DNA of 64,000 bases from Candidatus Eiseniibacteriota bacterium (GTDB taxonomy: Bacteria > Eisenbacteria > RBG-16-71-46 > JABDJR01), in assembly GCA_963783375.1 (NCBI GenBank), contig CAWANH010000029.1, forward strand, positions 768,001 to 832,000. Reading direction: 5' to 3'. How positions within the stretch are numbered: the first letter of the stretch is position 1; each line of letters starts with the position of its first letter. A program made the translations under genes and the position numbers. Under the pieces are notes generated by a model. That model was not told where the DNA came from. It worked only from the letters and a program-made list of their open reading frames with translations, and ran no database searches. Below are positions 59,395 through 64,000 of this stretch, one piece after another.

Positions 59395-61848
59395 TCATCG
59401 GATGATCACGAAGCGACCCCGGCAAATGCCGCCGGAGTATTCCACCGAGTACAGGTAGATGCCGCTCGTTATGTTTTGACCGTTCCGCGAGATCAGATTC
59501 CAGAAGTAGGTGCCGTCTCCATTGCTCCCGTCGTGAGTCTCTTCCTTCACCAAGTCTCCGGCCAGGGTGTAGATCCGGATCGTCGATTTCTCGGGCGGGA
59601 GATTCCTGAACGCGATCTTGGTTCCGGTGGGATCCCGGTCGCTGGGAACGAGGTCCCAGTCGGCGCTCCCCCGGTACGGGTTTGGCACCACGGTAACGTC
59701 GTTGCAGCCGCCGGTGGTGTTCCAACGCGGGATCACCGACTCCGCCTCCACCGCGGAAGGAAGGCCGCCGAGAACCTGGATCTCATCCTTCCCGGTGGTC
59801 GAATTCTTGACCGTGGTCAAGCCGAACGCGGTCACCGAGTAGAAGTACAGCTTCCCGTCGATGAGACCGCGGGTATCCTCGTACTGGTAGTAGCCGACCG
59901 GATAGATGTCCTTGCCGTCGTCTGTCTTCCCGATCGATTTGACACCCGTCTGCTTCACCTCGCGCAGGTTCCTGGCGTCCTCGGTGAGCGGCGCAGCATC
60001 GGGAGACTTCCGGAACTCGGCGATCTTCATCCACTCCTCGGGAGCGGGGCCGATCGCACCCTCCGGCCTCTGCCAGTTGTCCACCCGCCAGACCCGGTAC
60101 CCCTCGAACAACTCCTGCTGGGTGATGGGATCCTTTCTCAGCTCCGATGAGTTGTCCCACTGGATGGTCACCCGGTGGTGACCGGCCGGAGGCACGTAGA
60201 GCGCGAGGTTCGGATCCTGGATCGGGTCGAGGGTGGGGTCGGTGTTGCTGGTCGGCGGAGGCGGAGCGGTCGTTCCCACCCAGTGGATCTGGGTTTCCTT
60301 GCCGTCCACCCCGGTGCAGGGGTTGCAGTCCGCGTCGACCCAGGTGCAGGTGAGCGCCTTGATGGTCCGTGTCGTGCCGAGAGTGTCGCAGGGATCGTCC
60401 CAATTGATGACATCGCCCTGTTGCAGCACCTTCAGGCACCGCTCCTTGCCGTCCACGCCGGTACTCGGCAGATGGTCGGCGTCGACGTAGGTCCCGTTGA
60501 AGACCCGCTGGGCGTTGACCGCGTTGGCCCAATAGCCGCACTTGAGAAGGTTGTCCTGCTGGGAGTTCAAATAGCTGTCTTCGCCCGGGCACTTGGTGGC
60601 GATCACGTACGCGGTCTGGAAAACCAGGGACTCACCGGGATTCAGCTGGGCGAATGGACCGGCGCCGACCACGTACCGGTAGTCATCCGGCTTGACCCCC
60701 CACTTCTGGGGCTTCTGGTGCGAGTTGAGGAGCGTGTAGCGTTCGTCGTCGTTCTGGGGATCCGAATTCTGCCCCGACGAGCTGAACCAGACCACCGTGC
60801 TCAATCCCACGTTCTGGGGAGCGCGAATTCCGGTGTCGTCGGTGGTGTGCCCCAGGAAGAGGGTGCCGAACACCCCGGGGACATCGCCGCCGGAAACGGT
60901 GGTGCCGTTATCCGGAGCGTCCCACATGAATGCGCTGTCCATGGACATGTCGAACTTGGCGCACGCCCCGCCCAGGGACTGATCCACGATGGTGGTATCG
61001 ACATGAGCCCACCCCACGCGATCATCGGTCCAGAACGACTCGTGGGTCTTGGGCCCGATGTCGGAATCCGAGAAGAAACCGAGGTAGAGCTGCTTCAGGC
61101 GCTGGTCCCCGGTGTTGATGATCTCGAACTCGAATCCGACGAACTCGTTGATGCCGGTCGTGGACCATTCGAAGGACCGCTGGTGCACCAGCACGTTGAG
61201 CGGCACGTGGTCCGGATTCTGGGCCACCGCTTCCGGCGTATCGTCCTTGTACTGGCACGAGAACATCTGCTGGCCGACGGCCGCATAGTCCTCGTCGATC
61301 TTGCCGTCCCCGTCGTCGTCCAATCCGTTCTGGAAATCCTCGTTGACCTTGGCGGGATCCACGACGTTGTTGTCCACGCAGCCCGCGTCTCCATCGTCGT
61401 CGGCCAGACAGGTTCCGCCCTCGCCGAGACGGTTTCCACCCTTGACCCCCTCGTACGACTCGTAGACCGTCCATACCGGGCTCAGCTCCGGTCGGAGTTC
61501 AGTGGGAGCCGCGGTGGAGACATGGGACTCGGAATCGGATCCGATGGCCCCGATCCAGAGCCCGGAATAATAGAGGTACTCCCCCCCCCGCCATCCGGCG
61601 GAGAAGTCGTTGATATACGGGTTGCCGATCAGTCCCACGTTGGTGATCTGCAGGGTGAGCAGACCCACGTTGTGGGTGAAGATGTTCGGTTCGCGAGTCG
61701 CGTACACCTCGTCCGGCACCCTGCCGTAAGCCATGGGGAGATCGATGTTGGAACGAGCCAGCGCCGATCCGGCGGTCGCCCCCAAGAAAGCGCCGATGAG
61801 GAGCAGGCCGACCACCTTGGATCCGGGTGCCCGTCTTCCTGGGTTCAT
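59395..61848 (-). CDS. Large secreted protein with Ca-binding DxDxDG motifs, many Cys, an FN3-like region and a T9SS-type CTD
   Basis: Signal peptide; HNVGLLTLQITNVG, YLYYSGLWIG; DDDGDGKIDED; FEGYRVWR; C-terminus VTVVPNPY...IAFRNLP...IRIYTLAGDLV...WNLISRNGQNITSGIYLYSVE...GRFVIIR. Confidence 0.8.
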   Translation of the reverse strand: MNPGRRAPGSKVVGLLLIGAFLGATAGSALARSNIDLPMAYGRVPDEVYATREPNIFTHNVGLLTLQITNVGLIGNPYINDFSAGWRGGEYLYYSGLWIGAIGSDSESHVSTAAPTELRPELSPVWTVYESYEGVKGGNRLGEGGTCLADDDGDAGCVDNNVVDPAKVNEDFQNGLDDDGDGKIDEDYAAVGQQMFSCQYKDDTPEAVAQNPDHVPLNVLVHQRSFEWSTTGINEFVGFEFEIINTGDQRLKQLYLGFFSDSDIGPKTHESFWTDDRVGWAHVDTTIVDQSLGGACAKFDMSMDSAFMWDAPDNGTTVSGGDVPGVFGTLFLGHTTDDTGIRAPQNVGLSTVVWFSSSGQNSDPQNDDERYTLLNSHQKPQKWGVKPDDYRYVVGAGPFAQLNPGESLVFQTAYVIATKCPGEDSYLNSQQDNLLKCGYWANAVNAQRVFNGTYVDADHLPSTGVDGKERCLKVLQQGDVINWDDPCDTLGTTRTIKALTCTWVDADCNPCTGVDGKETQIHWVGTTAPPPPTSNTDPTLDPIQDPNLALYVPPAGHHRVTIQWDNSSELRKDPITQQELFEGYRVWRVDNWQRPEGAIGPAPEEWMKIAEFRKSPDAAPLTEDARNLREVKQTGVKSIGKTDDGKDIYPVGYYQYEDTRGLIDGKLYFYSVTAFGLTTVKNSTTGKDEIQVLGGLPSAVEAESVIPRWNTTGGCNDVTVVPNPYRGSADWDLVPSDRDPTGTKIAFRNLPPEKSTIRIYTLAGDLVKEETHDGSNGDGTYFWNLISRNGQNITSGIYLYSVEYSGGICRGRFVIIR

Positions 61849-61915
61849 GTGCTCCCCCCTCCTTGTACCTTCAAGCCCTCTGCGAGAGTAGTCCATCATG
61901 TGCATGTTCCCGCCG

Positions 61916-64000
61916 TCAGAAGTTGATCCCGATCCCGACCCGGATGTTCCGGCCTTCGGAGAACACTCGGGGATCGTTGAGGGGGATCCAGTCCTGAATC
62001 CCGTCCTCGTTCAAGTCGTCACCGAGATACGCCCCGCCCGCCCGTCCGGTCTCGGTATAGAAGACCTGGTAGTCGAGCGTACCCGCCTGGGGGGGATTGG
62101 GAAAATTGACCGGGGAAAGCTGCCGGATGTTCTTGGCGTCCAGCACATTGTTGCCCCGCAGGAACAGCTTCACCTTCTGTCCCCAGATCTTGTAGTACTT
62201 CTCGGCCTGGATGGTCAGGTTGGATGTGCTGGGCAGCCGCCGTGAGTTGGTCTTCGAGGGATCGACCTTGCGCTCGCTCCGGTCATGCGGGGTCCAGGGG
62301 AACCCGGTACCGAAGGTCCAGACGAGGTTGGCTGACCAGCTCCCCGGCTCCGCAATGGTGGCGGTGGCGGAGAGGGTGTGGCGTTGATCCCAATCCAGCG
62401 CCTGCTCGGAGATCGGCAGGTACAGGAACGTGACCTGCTGCTGCTGGTTGGGGTCCGAGGCCACGCCGGTGGCCACTCCGTAGGTGTACGAGAGGTCGCC
62501 GGCGAAGTTCCGGGTGAACCGCCGGGTGAGGCTGAGCTCGAACCCGCGGGAGGACGCATAGTCCTTGTTCACGTACTGGGTGACCAGGGCGGGACTGTCT
62601 CCAGCGGCCACTTCCTGGATGGTGAGGAGCCCGAAGATGTCCTTGAAGTAGACCGTGAACTGGCCGAAGACATCCTCGGTGAACATGTGCTGGAGCGCGG
62701 CCTGATAGGAGACCGTGGTCTCGTTCTCGAGGTTCGGGTTTCCCCGCGTCCGGACCGCGGCGCCGCGATTTTCGAAAATGTACTGGCGGTCCGGGACCTG
62801 GCTGAACCGACCGTAGTGGAAGGAGAATACGTCGCGATCGGAAATCGGGTAGGCAATGCCGACCCGCGGACTCCATTGGGTGCGGGTCCGGTTCTCGACC
62901 TCCGAGGCGTCGAGCTGGTTCCCCACCGAGAACAGGTCGTACCGAAGTCCGGCATTGACCACCATCCCCTCGTGTTCCCACCGGTCCTGCAGATAATAGG
63001 AACCCTCAGGGTTGTAGTAGTGGTACTGGCTCCGATAGAGGCCGATGAGCCCTTCCGCGTTGACCCGGTTGGGGAAGTCCACCGCGAGGAGCTGGAGATC
63101 GTTGTACGTCAGCTCCACTCCGCTCTTCACCTTGTGGGGACCGATTTCGCTGGTCCAGTCCGTCTTCACCGTCCAGACCTTCGTGGTGCGGTCGGTATAG
63201 GTGGGAACGTCTCCGTTGGTGGCGAAGAACGGGTGGGTGGAATAGTGGATCCGGTCCCGCCACTGGTCCGGGTACCGGGCCTGGTATTCCCAGGGCTGCT
63301 CCCCCAACACGTCGGAGGTGTAGTCGTACTGGTTCCGGCTGACCTTGAGAGTGTAGAAGGTCCCTTCGCTGAGGGTATGGTTCCACACCACTTTGTACTG
63401 GCGGAAATCGTTGGTGATGTTCGGGGTATGTTCAGGGGCGTTGTAGTAGACCCAGTTGGGTCCCTCCTGTCGCTCGCTGAAACCTCCGTAGCGGGTGACG
63501 ATCTCGCCGGTGTCGGGAATCGTGTCCAACCGGGTCTCCACGAAACCCGACCGGCTGAAGGTGTGGTAGTAGGTATCGAACTTGTGGTGGTTGTCCAACA
63601 CCTCGAAGGTCATCTTGTAGTTGGGACCCGGCGTCCAGGCCAGCTTGGACTGAAGGTTGATCTCGTTGTCCTGGCGGGGGCCCACCCGGATGAAGTCGAG
63701 AACCTGGCTGCGCGTGCGCTGCTCGCTGGTCTTCAGGTAGGTATCGGTCCAGGTGCCCTGGATCGACACGAAGTAGGTGAGTCTGCGGATCGGAGTGGGG
63801 CCGCCCATGCCCAGGGAAACCCGGTCGTAGTTGTCGTAGGTCTTGTCCGGGGCCCCGTAGTCATCGGTCATGTAGGTGACGTTCCCGGAGAAGGCAGCCC
63901 CGCCCTCCTGGGTGACGATGTTCACGATGCCGGATTGGGCGTTTCCGTACTCGGCGTCGAAGCCACCGAGAAGGACGTCGGAATTCGAAACGGAAACCGT
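61916..64000 (-). CDS. TonB-dependent receptor (5' part outside the window)
   Basis: Plug motif GGFDAEYGNAQSGIVNIVTQEG read at 63908-63970; barrel motifs NAGLRYD, SPRVGIAYP, GNPNLENE, YFKDI; C-terminal RNIRVGIGINF. Confidence 0.92.
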   Translation of the reverse strand, partial: TVSVSNSDVLLGGFDAEYGNAQSGIVNIVTQEGGAAFSGNVTYMTDDYGAPDKTYDNYDRVSLGMGGPTPIRRLTYFVSIQGTWTDTYLKTSEQRTRSQVLDFIRVGPRQDNEINLQSKLAWTPGPNYKMTFEVLDNHHKFDTYYHTFSRSGFVETRLDTIPDTGEIVTRYGGFSERQEGPNWVYYNAPEHTPNITNDFRQYKVVWNHTLSEGTFYTLKVSRNQYDYTSDVLGEQPWEYQARYPDQWRDRIHYSTHPFFATNGDVPTYTDRTTKVWTVKTDWTSEIGPHKVKSGVELTYNDLQLLAVDFPNRVNAEGLIGLYRSQYHYYNPEGSYYLQDRWEHEGMVVNAGLRYDLFSVGNQLDASEVENRTRTQWSPRVGIAYPISDRDVFSFHYGRFSQVPDRQYIFENRGAAVRTRGNPNLENETTVSYQAALQHMFTEDVFGQFTVYFKDIFGLLTIQEVAAGDSPALVTQYVNKDYASSRGFELSLTRRFTRNFAGDLSYTYGVATGVASDPNQQQQVTFLYLPISEQALDWDQRHTLSATATIAEPGSWSANLVWTFGTGFPWTPHDRSERKVDPSKTNSRRLPSTSNLTIQAEKYYKIWGQKVKLFLRGNNVLDAKNIRQLSPVNFPNPPQAGTLDYQVFYTETGRAGGAYLGDDLNEDGIQDWIPLNDPRVFSEGRNIRVGIGINF

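Noticed and set aside
1164-61926. Very long antisense or alternate-frame ORFs (for example 1164..2618+, 7490..10066+, 10156..12996+, 24857..27439+, 31806..34493-, 60175..61926+)
   Set aside because: Shadow ORFs opposite well-supported genes, expected from high GC3 bias; no recognisable motifs.

Overview
High-GC bacterial chromosomal window, gene-dense and mostly minus-strand. It holds core and envelope genes: lptF/lptG, thiE, accB/accC, aroB, rnc-fabF-acpP-fabG-fabD-fabH-plsX-rpmF-yceD, ndk, sucC/sucD, split hldE (rfaE1/rfaE2), radC, an msbA plus glycosyltransferase cluster, tolB-pal-cpoB, and gap-pgk-tpiA-secG-tRNA-Leu. It also holds type IX secretion (T9SS)-like parts: a SprA homologue, a PorV-family barrel, and two large proteins with CTD-like C-termini. 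This content suggests a diderm of the FCB-superphylum periphery (for example Eisenbacteria-, Latescibacteria- or Krumholzibacteria-like); that is an inference, not a database result. No mobile element, prophage or CRISPR array is visible. Best leads: (1) a TonB-dependent receptor / Cys- and Ca-motif-rich CTD cargo / PorV cassette followed by a GWxTD gene; (2) an ECF sigma / zinc anti-sigma / HtrA-like operon in which all three protease catalytic residues are replaced; (3) an arginine-synthetase/cDPGS-family ATPase coupled to sucCD-ndk behind a structured leader; (4) a basic coiled-coil + winged-helix protein with a putative small RNA downstream; (5) a CxxCH lipoprotein paired with a FadL-like barrel; (6) a gingipain-like C25/FN3/FG-GAP/CTD protein upstream of the LPS cluster; (7) an unannotated 36-aa basic peptide. 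Several frameshifts at G/C homopolymers and an indel-rich stretch (about 15.9-17.6 kb) most likely reflect long-read sequencing errors. All family calls come from motif recognition by eye.
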